Assembly (NCBI GenBank): GCA_963767005.1
Contig: CAVYCN010000003.1
Coordinates: 128,001-192,000, forward strand
Length of the DNA stretch: 64,000 nt
Source: an uncultured Actinomycetes bacterium
GTDB taxonomy: Bacteria; Actinomycetota; Thermoleophilia; UBA2241
Reading direction: 5' to 3'
Below, piece after piece: positions 11,915-21,023 of this stretch (positions are counted from its first letter, which is position 1; each line of letters starts with the position of its first letter). Under the pieces are notes generated by a model that searched no databases, was not told the DNA's origin, and was given only the letters and a program-made list of their open reading frames with translations. A program made the position numbers and the translations under genes.

Positions 11915-12442
11915 ATGGCAGCCATCGACGGTGAGAGAAGCGGCGGCGCCGACCCGGGCCCGTTCATCGTGTCGCAGCCGTGCCCGGTGTGTGAGGGGCA
12001 GGGCGTGATCGAGGAGCGGCCCTGCCTCGCCTGCCACGGCACCGGTGTGCAGCGCTTCTTCCACGGCACGAAGGCGGACCTGAAGCCGGGCGACCTGATC
12101 AAGCCCGGCCATCCGCCGAACTTCGGCCCGCCGGAGAGAAGAACGACCTCCGTCTATCTGACTGGCACCATGGATGCGGCCATCTGGGGAGCGGAGCTGG
12201 CCCTCGGCGAAGGTCCCGGCAGGATCTACGCCGTGGAGCCGACCGGCCCGATCGAGGACGACCCCAATCTGACCGGCAAGAAGTTCCCGGGTAATCCGAC
12301 GAAGTCATACCGCTCCCGGGAGCCGCTGCACGTCACGGGCGAGGTCACGAATTGGCGGGGGCACTCCCACGAATCGCTCAAGGCCATGAAGGACGGCATC
12401 GAGCAGGCCAAACGCCAAGGTCTCGAGCCGATCGACGACTGA
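11915..12442 (+). CDS. arr: NAD+:rifampin ADP-ribosyltransferase with N-terminal CxxCxGxG zinc finger
   Basis: FFHGTKADLKPGDLI, AIWGAELA, IYAVEPTGPIEDDPNLT..KFPGNPTKSYRSREPL match Arr; SD AAGGAG before the ATG. Confidence 0.92.
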   Translation: MAAIDGERSGGADPGPFIVSQPCPVCEGQGVIEERPCLACHGTGVQRFFHGTKADLKPGDLIKPGHPPNFGPPERRTTSVYLTGTMDAAIWGAELALGEGPGRIYAVEPTGPIEDDPNLTGKKFPGNPTKSYRSREPLHVTGEVTNWRGHSHESLKAMKDGIEQAKRQGLEPIDD

Positions 12443-12556
12443 GTCGCTCCCCGCATCGTCCAGTCACTCTGCTTGTCAGTGCCGCACCGATCGGGCAGGC
12501 GAGCGGACACCGAGCCGCGGTCATGTACAAGGAGAACGTCGTCGTTCTGACAACGC

Positions 12557-12633
12557 TGGTGGGCCCAGCAGGACTCGAACCTGCGACCGGCCGATTATGA
12601 GTCGGCTGCTCTAACCAGCTGAGCTATGGGCCC
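12557..12633 (-). tRNA. tRNA-Ile2 (anticodon CAU, lysidine type), CCA encoded
   Basis: GGGCCCATAGCTCAGCTGGTTAGAGCAGCCGACTCATAATCGG...GGTTCGAGTCC...GGGCCCACCA; body resembles Ile2 rather than Met tRNAs. Confidence 0.9.
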
Positions 12634-12723
12634 ACACGGCCATGATACGCTGCGCCTCGTGCTGGGCGCGCGCCGTGTGAGCCTCCGCTGCACGAGCGGA
12701 CGGCGCGCCGGCAGGGGGATTCT

Positions 12724-13833
12724 ATGACGGGCACGGGCGGCTCCGATAGCGCAAGGCCGGCGGGCGACCTCGCGCGGCGCACGGTCGTCGTGCTCGCGGT
12801 GGTCCTGGCGTTCGCGGCCGGCGCCTGGCTCCTCCTGCAGGTCCGCGAGATCGTCCTGTGGCTGGTCATCGCCGTGGTGCTCGCGATGGCGCTCGAGCCG
12901 GCCGTGGCCTGGCTCACCCGCCACCGGTTCCGGCGCGGTCTGGCGGCCGTGCTCGTCAGCCTGATCGCGATCGTCGTGCTGCTCGTGATCGTCGCGCTGC
13001 TCGCGGTGCCCCTCGTCAACCAGGCCCGCCAGCTGGTCGACGACCTGCCCGGTTACGTGCGCGACCTGACGAAGCCCGGCAGTCCCTTCGGCAGCCTCGA
13101 GACGCGCTTCCACGTCGTCGAGCGCCTGAAGGCGCTGGCGCCGCGGATGCTCACGCTGCTGGCCGGCGCCGGTACGCCGGCGCTCCAGGCCTTGCGGACG
13201 ACCTTCACGCTGATCGCCGCCGTCATCTCGATCCTCACCATGACGGTGCTGCTACTGATCGACGGGCCGCGTGCCTGGCGGTGGTCGCTCACGCTGCTGC
13301 CAGACGGCCGCCGCCCGCTCGCCCGCGACTTGGCCGCGCGCCTGCTCGCCTCGATCGGCGGCTACGTGCGCGGCAACCTGCTGATCAGTCTGATCGCCGG
13401 CGTCACGGCCTACGTCGCCATGCTCGTCGCCGGCGTGCCGTTCGCCCTGCCGCTGGCCGTGGCCGTCGCCGTCCTCGACCTGATCCCCCTCGTCGGCGCC
13501 ACCCTCGGCGCGATCCTCTGCGTGATCGTGGCGCTGGCCGGCGCCGGCTGGCTGCCGGCGCTGGGGCTGGCCGTGTACTTCATCGTCTACCAGCAGATCG
13601 AGAACAACCTGATCCAGACGGCCGTCTACTCCCGGACCGTAGCGCTTTCGCCGCTGGCCGTCCTGCTGGCGACCCTCTGCGGCGCCGCCATCGCCGGCAT
13701 CGTCGGCGTGCTGCTCGCGATCCCGGTCGCCGCCGCCGTGACGATCACCATCGTCGAGCTCCGCACGCTGCGCGCCGTGACGGTACCGGCCGGGTCGCTC
13801 GCGACCGTCGACGAGCGCGGCGGCGGCGACTGA
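12724..13833 (+). CDS. AI-2E (PerM) family transporter
   Basis: ALEPAVAWL, GGYVRG, LIPLVGA, QQIENN, G..GVLLAIP motifs; multiple TM segments. Confidence 0.9.
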   Translation: MTGTGGSDSARPAGDLARRTVVVLAVVLAFAAGAWLLLQVREIVLWLVIAVVLAMALEPAVAWLTRHRFRRGLAAVLVSLIAIVVLLVIVALLAVPLVNQARQLVDDLPGYVRDLTKPGSPFGSLETRFHVVERLKALAPRMLTLLAGAGTPALQALRTTFTLIAAVISILTMTVLLLIDGPRAWRWSLTLLPDGRRPLARDLAARLLASIGGYVRGNLLISLIAGVTAYVAMLVAGVPFALPLAVAVAVLDLIPLVGATLGAILCVIVALAGAGWLPALGLAVYFIVYQQIENNLIQTAVYSRTVALSPLAVLLATLCGAAIAGIVGVLLAIPVAAAVTITIVELRTLRAVTVPAGSLATVDERGGGD

Positions 13834-14078
13834 CGCACCGTCGCGGGCGACTCGTCCAGCCGCGCGTCAATCGCTTGTCCACTCCGTCCAAGTCCGCCGT
13901 TTGCGGGCGCGATGGCGAAGATAGAGACTAGGCAGATCGGGGAGGGTCGCGGGGTCGAGGGATATCCCCCACGGACTTCCGAAGTGCTCACGGCGAGCGG
14001 GGTCGGCCTGGCCATAGTGACCACCTTCCTACGCCTGCCCGCTCCGTGCTGCCCTGAGCGAACTCCAAGGAGGAGTGG

Positions 14079-15308
14079 ATGGTCGGGCACGTGAACTCAG
14101 GAGACACGGCGTTCATCCTGATCTGCGCGGCACTGGTCGCGCTGATGACGCCGGGGCTCGCGTTCTTCTACGGCGGCCTCGTGCGCCGCAAGAACTTCCT
14201 CGCGATCATGATGCAGTCGTTCATCTCGATGGGCGTCGTGACCACGATCTGGGTGTTCTTCGGCTACTCGCTCGCCTTTTCGGGCGGCGCCGGCGGGGTC
14301 ATCGGCAACTTCCACTGGGCCCTGCTCAGCCACGTCGGCCAGTTGCCCGGCCCGTGGGCGCCGACCATCCCGGCGCAGGCGCACTTCGTCTATCAGGAGA
14401 TGTTCGCCATCATCACCCCGGCGCTCATCACCGGCGCCTTCGCCGACCGCGTCAAGTTCAAGAGTTACCTCTGGTTCCTCGTGCTGTGGAGCATCATCGT
14501 CTACATCCCGTTCGTGCACTGGATCTGGGGCGGCGGCTGGCTCGCCCAGCACGGCGTACGCGACTGGGCCGGCGGCGCGGTCGTCCACATGAGCGCCGGC
14601 TACGCGGCCCTCGCCTCAGTGTTCGCCGTCGGCAAGCGCCGCTTCGCTCCGGGTGAGCGCAGCCTGCCGCACAACGTCGCCTTCGTGGCTCTCGGCACCG
14701 GCCTGCTGTGGTTCGGCTGGTTCGGCTTCAACGGCGGCGACGGATCGGCCGCCAACGGCTTCGCGGCCCAGGCCTGGGTCAACACCGACATCGCCGGCTC
14801 GATCGCGATGTGCACCTGGCTCGCCATCGGCTGGTGGCACGACGGCAAGCCCAGCCTGGTCGGCGCCCTCACCGGCGCTGTGGCCGGCCTCGCCACGATC
14901 ACGCCGTGCGCCGGCTTCGTGCCAACGTGGGCGTCGTTCATCATCGGCGTGAGCGCCGGTTCGGTGGCCTTCTTCGCCGTGATCTTCAAGCAGAAGATGC
15001 AGTGGGACGACGCGCTCGACGTGTGGGCCGCCCACGGTGTGGGCGGCACGCTGGGGATCATCCTGCTGGGCGTCTTTGCCGAATTCGCCATCAACCCCTC
15101 AGGCGGCCAGGGGCTGATTACCGGCCACGTCAGCTTCTTCGGCTGGCAGGTGCTGACCGCCGTCATCGTCGCCGCCTACGCGTTCGTGGCGACGTTCCTC
15201 ATTCTCAAGCTGATCAACCTCTTCGGACCGATCCGCGTGCCCGACTCGGTCGAGCTCAAGGGGCTCGACGAGAGCGAGTTCGGCGAGGCAGCGTACGACC
15301 TGATCTAA
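14079..15308 (+). CDS. amtB: Ammonium transporter (Amt family), copy 1
   Basis: LMTPGLAFFYGG, DWAGGAVVH, WFGWFGFNGG, DDALDVWAAHG; SD AAGGAGG. Confidence 0.95.
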   Translation: MVGHVNSGDTAFILICAALVALMTPGLAFFYGGLVRRKNFLAIMMQSFISMGVVTTIWVFFGYSLAFSGGAGGVIGNFHWALLSHVGQLPGPWAPTIPAQAHFVYQEMFAIITPALITGAFADRVKFKSYLWFLVLWSIIVYIPFVHWIWGGGWLAQHGVRDWAGGAVVHMSAGYAALASVFAVGKRRFAPGERSLPHNVAFVALGTGLLWFGWFGFNGGDGSAANGFAAQAWVNTDIAGSIAMCTWLAIGWWHDGKPSLVGALTGAVAGLATITPCAGFVPTWASFIIGVSAGSVAFFAVIFKQKMQWDDALDVWAAHGVGGTLGIILLGVFAEFAINPSGGQGLITGHVSFFGWQVLTAVIVAAYAFVATFLILKLINLFGPIRVPDSVELKGLDESEFGEAAYDLI

Positions 15309-15397
15309 GGGGTCAGCAAGCACGGCGCGGGGCGCCTGCGGCCGGCAAGCGCAAGGAGCCGGCCGACCCGCACCGACCGTGCGAACGTGCCGCTCAC

Positions 15398-15438
15398 GGG
15401 GGCGGGGCGAAAGCCTGCAAGGCTTTCGCCCCGCCCCC
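15398..15438. terminator. GC-rich hairpin between the two amt genes
   Basis: GGGGGCGGGGCGAAAGCC-TGCAA-GGCTTTCGCCCCGCCCCC. Confidence 0.6.
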
Positions 15439-15592
15439 TCGATTTGCAGCCAAAACGTAGTGGGCGACCGGCACCGCGTGGCCATCCCGTGGCACCCGGC
15501 CGGTTGACCACGGCGGCGCCCGACGAGAGGGTGTCGAGAGGTGACAAGCCGCGAGTCGAGACGGAGCAACCCGCGAGGGAGGGAGCATCTCC

Positions 15593-16816
15593 ATGAACCA
15601 CATCAACCCGGGCGACACGGCCTTCGTCCTGATCTGCGCCGCCTTCGTCGCAATCATGACTCCCGGTCTTGCCTTCTTCTACGGCGGCCTCGTGCGGCGC
15701 AAGAACGTGATCACCATCATGATGCAGAGCTTCGTGTCGCTCGGCGTGGTCACGCTCATCTGGATCGTCTGCGGCTTCAGCCTGGCGTTCGGTCCCGACG
15801 TGCACGGCGTGATCGGCAACCTGCACCTCGCCTTCCTCAACCACGTGGGCCAGGCGCCGAACCCGCAGTACGCGACCACCGTGCCGTTCCTCGCGTTCTT
15901 CGTCTTCCAGCTCACCGTCGCGGCGCTGACGCCGGCCCTCATCACCGGCGCCTTCGCCGACCGCGTGCCGTTCAAGAGCTACATCGCCTTCCTCACGCTC
16001 TGGAGCCTGCTCGTCTACGTGCCGCTCGCCCACTGGATCTGGGGCGGCGGCTTCTTGCAGCAGTGGGGCGTGCTCGACTTCGGCGGCGGCATGGTGGTCC
16101 ACGCGAGCGCCGGCTTTGCCGCCCTGGCGTCGGTGTGGGTGATCGGCAAGCGCGTCTTCGCGCCGGGCGAAGAGGAGCGGCCCAGCAACATCCCGCTGAT
16201 CGCGATCGGCCTCGGCCTGCTGTGGTTCGGCTGGCTCGGCGACAACCCGGCGAACGCGATGCACGCGAACGGCGTCGCGGCGCAAGCCTGCGTCAACACC
16301 TTCATCGCCGGCGGCTTGGCGATGCTGGTCTGGATGTTCACCGACTGGGTGCGCACCGGCAAGGCCAGCATGGTCGGCGCCCTCACCGGTGTGCTCGCCG
16401 GTCTCGTCGCCGTGACTCCGGAGGCCGGCTACGTGCCGACCTGGGCGGCGGCCTTCACCGCCCTCGCGGCCGGCTGGATCTGCTACGGCGCGACCCACCT
16501 GCGCGCCAAGCGCGGCTGGGACGACTCGCTCGATGTCTGGGGCGTGCACGGCATCGGCGGCCTGTTCGGCACGCTGTGCGTGGGCTGGTTCGCCTACGCC
16601 TCGGTCGGCGGCCACAACGGCATGCTCGCCGGGAACGGCCACCAGTTCGTGCTGCAGTGCGCCGGCGTGGGCATCGCGGTCGGCTACGCCTTCGGTGTGA
16701 GCTTCGCCATCCTCAAGGTCGTCGACCTCGTGGCGAGCGTTCAGCTGTCACACCAGGTGCAGCTCGCCGGTCTGGACGAGGAGCTCCACGGCGAGTCGGC
16801 CTACGACCTCGTCTGA
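15593..16816 (+). CDS. amtB: Ammonium transporter (Amt family), copy 2, with a divergent pore
   Basis: MTPGLAFFYGG, LDFGGGMVVH, DDSLDVWGVHG; gate motif altered to WFGWLGDNPA. Confidence 0.93.
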   Translation: MNHINPGDTAFVLICAAFVAIMTPGLAFFYGGLVRRKNVITIMMQSFVSLGVVTLIWIVCGFSLAFGPDVHGVIGNLHLAFLNHVGQAPNPQYATTVPFLAFFVFQLTVAALTPALITGAFADRVPFKSYIAFLTLWSLLVYVPLAHWIWGGGFLQQWGVLDFGGGMVVHASAGFAALASVWVIGKRVFAPGEEERPSNIPLIAIGLGLLWFGWLGDNPANAMHANGVAAQACVNTFIAGGLAMLVWMFTDWVRTGKASMVGALTGVLAGLVAVTPEAGYVPTWAAAFTALAAGWICYGATHLRAKRGWDDSLDVWGVHGIGGLFGTLCVGWFAYASVGGHNGMLAGNGHQFVLQCAGVGIAVGYAFGVSFAILKVVDLVASVQLSHQVQLAGLDEELHGESAYDLV

Positions 16817-16890
16817 CAGTGGCCCTGTAGCGACGGTCGGGGCGGGGCGCCTGCGGCGCCCCGCCCCCGCACGCTGGTAGACTGACGGCC

Positions 16891-17994
16891 ATGACGGCCG
16901 GTGAGGAGAACGTGCGGATCGGCGTGCTGCTGGCGGGCGGCACGGGTCGCCGGGCCGGCGTCGACAAGCGCTTCCTGGTGCTCGACGGCCGTACCCTGCT
17001 GCAACGCAACCTCGCCTTCCTGCACGAGCGGTTTGAGACGCTCGTGGTCTCGCTCGGACAGGACCAGCGGCTCGACCTGGGCGACGCCGCCGCGCTCGGT
17101 GCCGAGGTGCTCACCGACGCCTGGCCCGGCTCGTCGCCGATGGCCGGCATCGCGACGGCGCTCCGGCGCCACCGCGCACCCGTCTTCGCGCTGGCCGTCG
17201 ACCTCGTCCATCCCGCTGCCGGCGCCCGCGAACGGGTGCTCGGCGCGCTGCCCGGCCATGACCTCGCGTTGCCCGCGATCGAGGGCCACTACCAGCCGCT
17301 CTTCGCCGCGTACGGGCCACGCTGCCTGCCGGTCATGGCCGGCCTGCTCGAAAGCGGTCGCCACAGCCTGCTCGACGTGCTGCCCGAGACTCGTGTCGCG
17401 GCGGTGCCGTTCGACGGCGACGAGCCCTTCCATAACGTCAACACGATGGACGACTTCGACGCGGCCCGGCAGCGGTCCGCCGGCGCCACGGTGGGGCCCG
17501 CGCTCGTCGCGATCGTCGGCAAGAGCGACTCCGGCAAGACCACGCTCATCGAGAAGCTCGTGCCCGAGCTCCTGCGGCTCGGGCTGCGGGTCGGCACCGT
17601 GAAGCACGACGCCCACAGCTTCGAGATCGACCACCCCGGCAAGGACTCCTGGCGCCACGGCCAGGCCGGCGCGCACGCCTACGTCGTGGCCTCGCGCGAG
17701 CGCCTCGCCTACATCGCGCGCCTCGACGGCGAGCTGGCCCTCGCCGACATCGCGCGACGCTACTTCGCCGACTTCGATCTGGTGGTGGCCGAAGGCTATA
17801 AGGCCACGGCGCCGCACCGCGTCGAGATCTTCCGCAGCGGGGCCGGCCACGCCGCGCCCCTCTGCGCGCCGGGCGAGGCCCTCGCGCTCGTCAGCGACGC
17901 GGCGCTCGAGCACGACCACCGCTTCGGTCTCGACGACGGCGCAGCCCTCGCCCGCTTCCTGGTCACCCGGCTCGACACCCTCCGCGCTTACTAG
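16891..17994 (+). CDS. mobAB: Fused molybdenum cofactor guanylyltransferase MobA / MobB
   Basis: LLAGG..RR.G.DK, QPLFAAY, FHNVNT (MobA); VGKSDSGKTTL, KHDAH, GKDSWR, VAEGYK (MobB). Confidence 0.9.
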   Translation: MTAGEENVRIGVLLAGGTGRRAGVDKRFLVLDGRTLLQRNLAFLHERFETLVVSLGQDQRLDLGDAAALGAEVLTDAWPGSSPMAGIATALRRHRAPVFALAVDLVHPAAGARERVLGALPGHDLALPAIEGHYQPLFAAYGPRCLPVMAGLLESGRHSLLDVLPETRVAAVPFDGDEPFHNVNTMDDFDAARQRSAGATVGPALVAIVGKSDSGKTTLIEKLVPELLRLGLRVGTVKHDAHSFEIDHPGKDSWRHGQAGAHAYVVASRERLAYIARLDGELALADIARRYFADFDLVVAEGYKATAPHRVEIFRSGAGHAAPLCAPGEALALVSDAALEHDHRFGLDDGAALARFLVTRLDTLRAY

Positions 17995-18142
17995 GCGCGC
18001 GACGTAGTCACGCCTGCCTGAGCGTCGATGACGCAGTCGATCGGGGGACTAGGCGCGCGACGTAGTCACGCCTGCCTGAGCGTCAGCGACGTAGTCTCCT
18101 GACGGACTAGGCGCGCGACGCAGTCACGCCTGCCTGAGCGTC
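17990..18142 (+). repeat. Three tandem copies (58-bp period) of the 37-bp unit ACTAGGCGCGCGACGYAGTCACGCCTGCCTGAGCGTC
   Basis: Copies at 17990-18026, 18048-18084 and 18106-18142 with 21-bp intervening segments; the first copy contains the mobAB TAG stop. Confidence 0.92.
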
Positions 18143-18164
18143 GGCGAGGGAGTTGCTCGCCGGC

Positions 18165-18896
18165 CTAAGGTCGACGCAGCGCCACGAAGCCGGCGACGAC
18201 GCCGGCGGCGAAGCGGCGCCGGGCGACGACGGCGAACCCGGCCTCCTCGAGGTGCGCGGCGACGCGGTCGCCCGTCCCCAGCGCTCGAGTCGAGGCGGCG
18301 AGCAGCTCATACAGCTCGGCGCTGCCCGCAAGCGCTGCACCCAGACGGGGCGCGATCTCGAAGAAGTACAGCCCGGCGGGTGTGCCGAGCAGACTGGGAG
18401 CCGGCGTCACCGAGTCGAGGACCACTAGCCGGCCACCGGGCACGAGCAGCTCGCGCACGGCACGGAGCGGCACGTCCGGCGAGGCGAAGTAGCGCAACCC
18501 GAAGCCGAGCGTCGCCGCCGCGAACGGTCCGTCGATCCCTGCCACGGCGGCGCGGTCGGCCAGGTCGGCGACGACCGTGCGGGCCGGCAGCCCCTCGGCC
18601 GCAAGACGCGCGGCGGCGAGGGCGAGCGCCGCCGGGGCGACGTCGACAGCAGTCACGTCGGCGCCACGCCGGGCGAGGGCCAGGGCGAGCAAGCCGGTGC
18701 CGGCGCAGGCGTCGAGCACTCGTGGACGGTCGGCCGCGGCGACCGCCTGGCGCGCCACCCAGCGCCGCCAGCCGGCGTCGCGCCCGCCGGTGAGCACGGT
18801 GTTCACCCGGTCGTAGGTCGCGGCGCTCTGGTCGAACAGGCGGGCGATGCCCGCCGCGTCGCGCTCCACCGCCGGTCCGGCCGGCGTCCGCGTCAC
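18165..18896 (-). CDS. UbiE/MenG-like class I SAM methyltransferase
   Basis: LFDQSAATYDRVN..LTGG, VLDACAGTG, GFGLR, LVPGGRLVVL; GTGA overlap with ubiA. Confidence 0.85.
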   Translation of the reverse strand: MTRTPAGPAVERDAAGIARLFDQSAATYDRVNTVLTGGRDAGWRRWVARQAVAAADRPRVLDACAGTGLLALALARRGADVTAVDVAPAALALAAARLAAEGLPARTVVADLADRAAVAGIDGPFAAATLGFGLRYFASPDVPLRAVRELLVPGGRLVVLDSVTPAPSLLGTPAGLYFFEIAPRLGAALAGSAELYELLAASTRALGTGDRVAAHLEEAGFAVVARRRFAAGVVAGFVALRRP

Positions 18897-19870
18897 GCCG
18901 TCACCGCGAGGCCGACCAGCAGGGCGGCCAGCATGAGGTCCGGATACAGGCTGCCGCGATTGAAGAACGACGCCGCCTGCGCCGGCGTGGGGCGACGCAC
19001 CAGACGGACGGCGGGGGCGCCGAGCGCCCACACGCCGAGCGCCAGGGCGAGCGCTATCGAGAGCGCCGGCATGGGCAGGAGCACGGTCGCGGCCAGGCAG
19101 GCGCCCGAGACGGCGGCCGCGGCCCGGGCCGCGGCCGCCGCGCCGTGCACCGTGGCCACTGTGCAGATGCCGACGGCAGCGTCGCTCGCGACGTCGCTTA
19201 AATCGTTGACGATGTTGCGGCCGCCGACCTCCCAGAGGGCGAGCACGACGAAGAGTGCGAGGGCGCTCGGCCGCAAGGGCGCGACCGCGGCCCAGCCGGC
19301 CAGGCCGCCGCAGCCCACCATCACGCCAGACAGCACCGTCTTCCAGGGGGTCACCGACCGTAGCGCGCAGTACACGACCTGCGTGGCACCGGCTGCGGCG
19401 AAGAAGGCGAGCGCAAGCGGGCTGAGAGCGGCGGTGCCGAGCGCGCCGAGCGCCGCCAGGCCGACCACCCAGGCGACCGACAGGCGCAGGCTCAGCAGGC
19501 CGCGCGCCAGCGGGTGCCGCACGAAGGCGGTGTCGACGTCGTGCTCGGGGACGGCGCTCTTGCCGGCGCCGAGCGACGCTTCGTCGACCCTGCGGTCGAG
19601 CAGATCGTTCAGCGCGTACAGCGAGAACGATGCCGCGCAGGCGGCCGGCAGACCAATCGCGACGACGCGCAACGGCGGCAGGCCGCCGAGGGCCAGTACG
19701 ACGCCGAGCGCCGGCTGAGCGACGGTGAGGAGGGCCTGCTTGCCGCGCGAGAAGTCGAAGATCACGGCGGCGAGACCCGGCGTCATCGCGGGCGCGCCCT
19801 CGGCGATACGCCCGGCGGCCGCGGCCGTCCCTGCCCGGCCGTCCACAGGCCCGACCCGTGCGCCCTTCAT
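18893..19870 (-). CDS. UbiA family prenyltransferase
   Basis: Asp-rich motifs NDLLDRRVD and NDLSDVASD, RHPLARG, many TM helices; start uncertain. Confidence 0.85.
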   Translation of the reverse strand: MKGARVGPVDGRAGTAAAAGRIAEGAPAMTPGLAAVIFDFSRGKQALLTVAQPALGVVLALGGLPPLRVVAIGLPAACAASFSLYALNDLLDRRVDEASLGAGKSAVPEHDVDTAFVRHPLARGLLSLRLSVAWVVGLAALGALGTAALSPLALAFFAAAGATQVVYCALRSVTPWKTVLSGVMVGCGGLAGWAAVAPLRPSALALFVVLALWEVGGRNIVNDLSDVASDAAVGICTVATVHGAAAAARAAAAVSGACLAATVLLPMPALSIALALALGVWALGAPAVRLVRRPTPAQAASFFNRGSLYPDLMLAALLVGLAVTA

Positions 19871-20070
19871 CGCGACCCCCACCCCCCGGCGCCGCCCCTC
19901 GCGCCGTCGCAACCACCGGCTCGCCGGCCGGATGCACCGCTTGCTTCCCCGGCCGAGCGCCGTTCACACCGCAGCGAGCGGCAGCGAGCGGCACGAGGCC
20001 AGAACGAGCGCGCGGGCGGGCCGGCGTCAGATGACGCCGGCCCGCCCGCGCGGGGGCCTCAGGCTGTCGG

Positions 20071-21018
20071 CTACAGCGCCTGGAGTCGCTCGACGAGGGC
20101 CGGCACGACCTTGTACAGGTCGCCGACGATGCCGTAGTCGGCGAGGGCGAAGATGGGCGCGTCCTTGTCGGTGTTCACGGCCGCGATCACCTTGGCCTGC
20201 GAGACGCCGACGGTATGCTGCACCTGGCCCGAGATGCCGATCGCAAGGTAGACGTCGGGCACGGTCTTGGCGCCCGACAGTCCGACGATGCGGTCCTCGG
20301 GCAGCCAGCCGAAGTCGGCCAGGCTCTTCGTGCAGGCGAGCTCGGCGGCGAGCGCGGCCGCGAGGCCCTCGCCGAGCGTCACGTCCTCGCGCTTGCCGAG
20401 GCCCCGGCCGATGCCGACGATGCGCGGCGCGGCCGACAGGTCGACCGACTCGCCCTCCTTGGGCCGCCGGTCCGCCACTGTCACGGCCGGCGCCGTGAGC
20501 GCGGGCGACACGGCGACGACGTCGCCGCCGCCCGCCGGCGCGCCGGCCTCGAAGACCTTGGGCATGACCGCCACGACCTGGGTGGCCGAGGTGACCGCCT
20601 CGCGCTGGACCGTCGCGCCGCCCAGGTTGTAACGGCCGGCGACCAGGCGGCCGTCCTCGACGGCGAGCGACGTGGCGTCGGTGACACAGCCGGCGCCGAG
20701 GCGCTGGGCCAGGCGGCCGGCGAGCTCGCGGCCGCGACGGGTCGAGCCGAGCAGCACGACCGTCGCGCCCGCCTCGGCGGCGATGTGAGCCAGGGCCTGG
20801 GCGACGACCGCGGGGTCGAGGCCGGCCAGGGCCGGGTCGGCACAGGTGAAGACCGCCGCGGCACCGTGCGCGGCGAGGGCCGGCGCGGCCGCGGCGGCGT
20901 CGGGACCAAGCGCCGCGGCGCACACAGAGAGGCCGAGCTGCGGCGCGAGGCCATGGGCGGCGGCCAGGAGCTCGAGCGCGGTGTCGGGTTGCTCGCTGTA
21001 GACGAGGATCGATGCCAT
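20071..21018 (-). CDS. fixB: Electron transfer flavoprotein alpha subunit (FixB)
   Basis: VGIGRG, VGLSG, PDVYLAIGISGQVQHTVG, AVNTDKDAPIF..ADYGIVGD. Confidence 0.93.
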   Translation of the reverse strand: MASILVYSEQPDTALELLAAAHGLAPQLGLSVCAAALGPDAAAAAPALAAHGAAAVFTCADPALAGLDPAVVAQALAHIAAEAGATVVLLGSTRRGRELAGRLAQRLGAGCVTDATSLAVEDGRLVAGRYNLGGATVQREAVTSATQVVAVMPKVFEAGAPAGGGDVVAVSPALTAPAVTVADRRPKEGESVDLSAAPRIVGIGRGLGKREDVTLGEGLAAALAAELACTKSLADFGWLPEDRIVGLSGAKTVPDVYLAIGISGQVQHTVGVSQAKVIAAVNTDKDAPIFALADYGIVGDLYKVVPALVERLQAL

Positions 21019-21023
21019 CGCCG

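Noticed and set aside
12557-12633. tRNA-Met or fMet
   Set aside because: It has a CAU anticodon but a paired G1-C72, no triple G-C anticodon stem, and a body matching Ile2 tRNAs.
15489-15510. Sigma54 promoter (TGGCAC) upstream of the second amt
   Set aside because: The -12 TTGC element is absent at the required spacing.
17990-18142. Mini CRISPR array (37-bp repeats with 21-bp spacers)
   Set aside because: Spacers are too short and resemble each other and the repeat (GACGYAGTC). Unit plus spacer recur as dispersed copies at 23.6 and 39.5 kb. No cas genes or leader are present.
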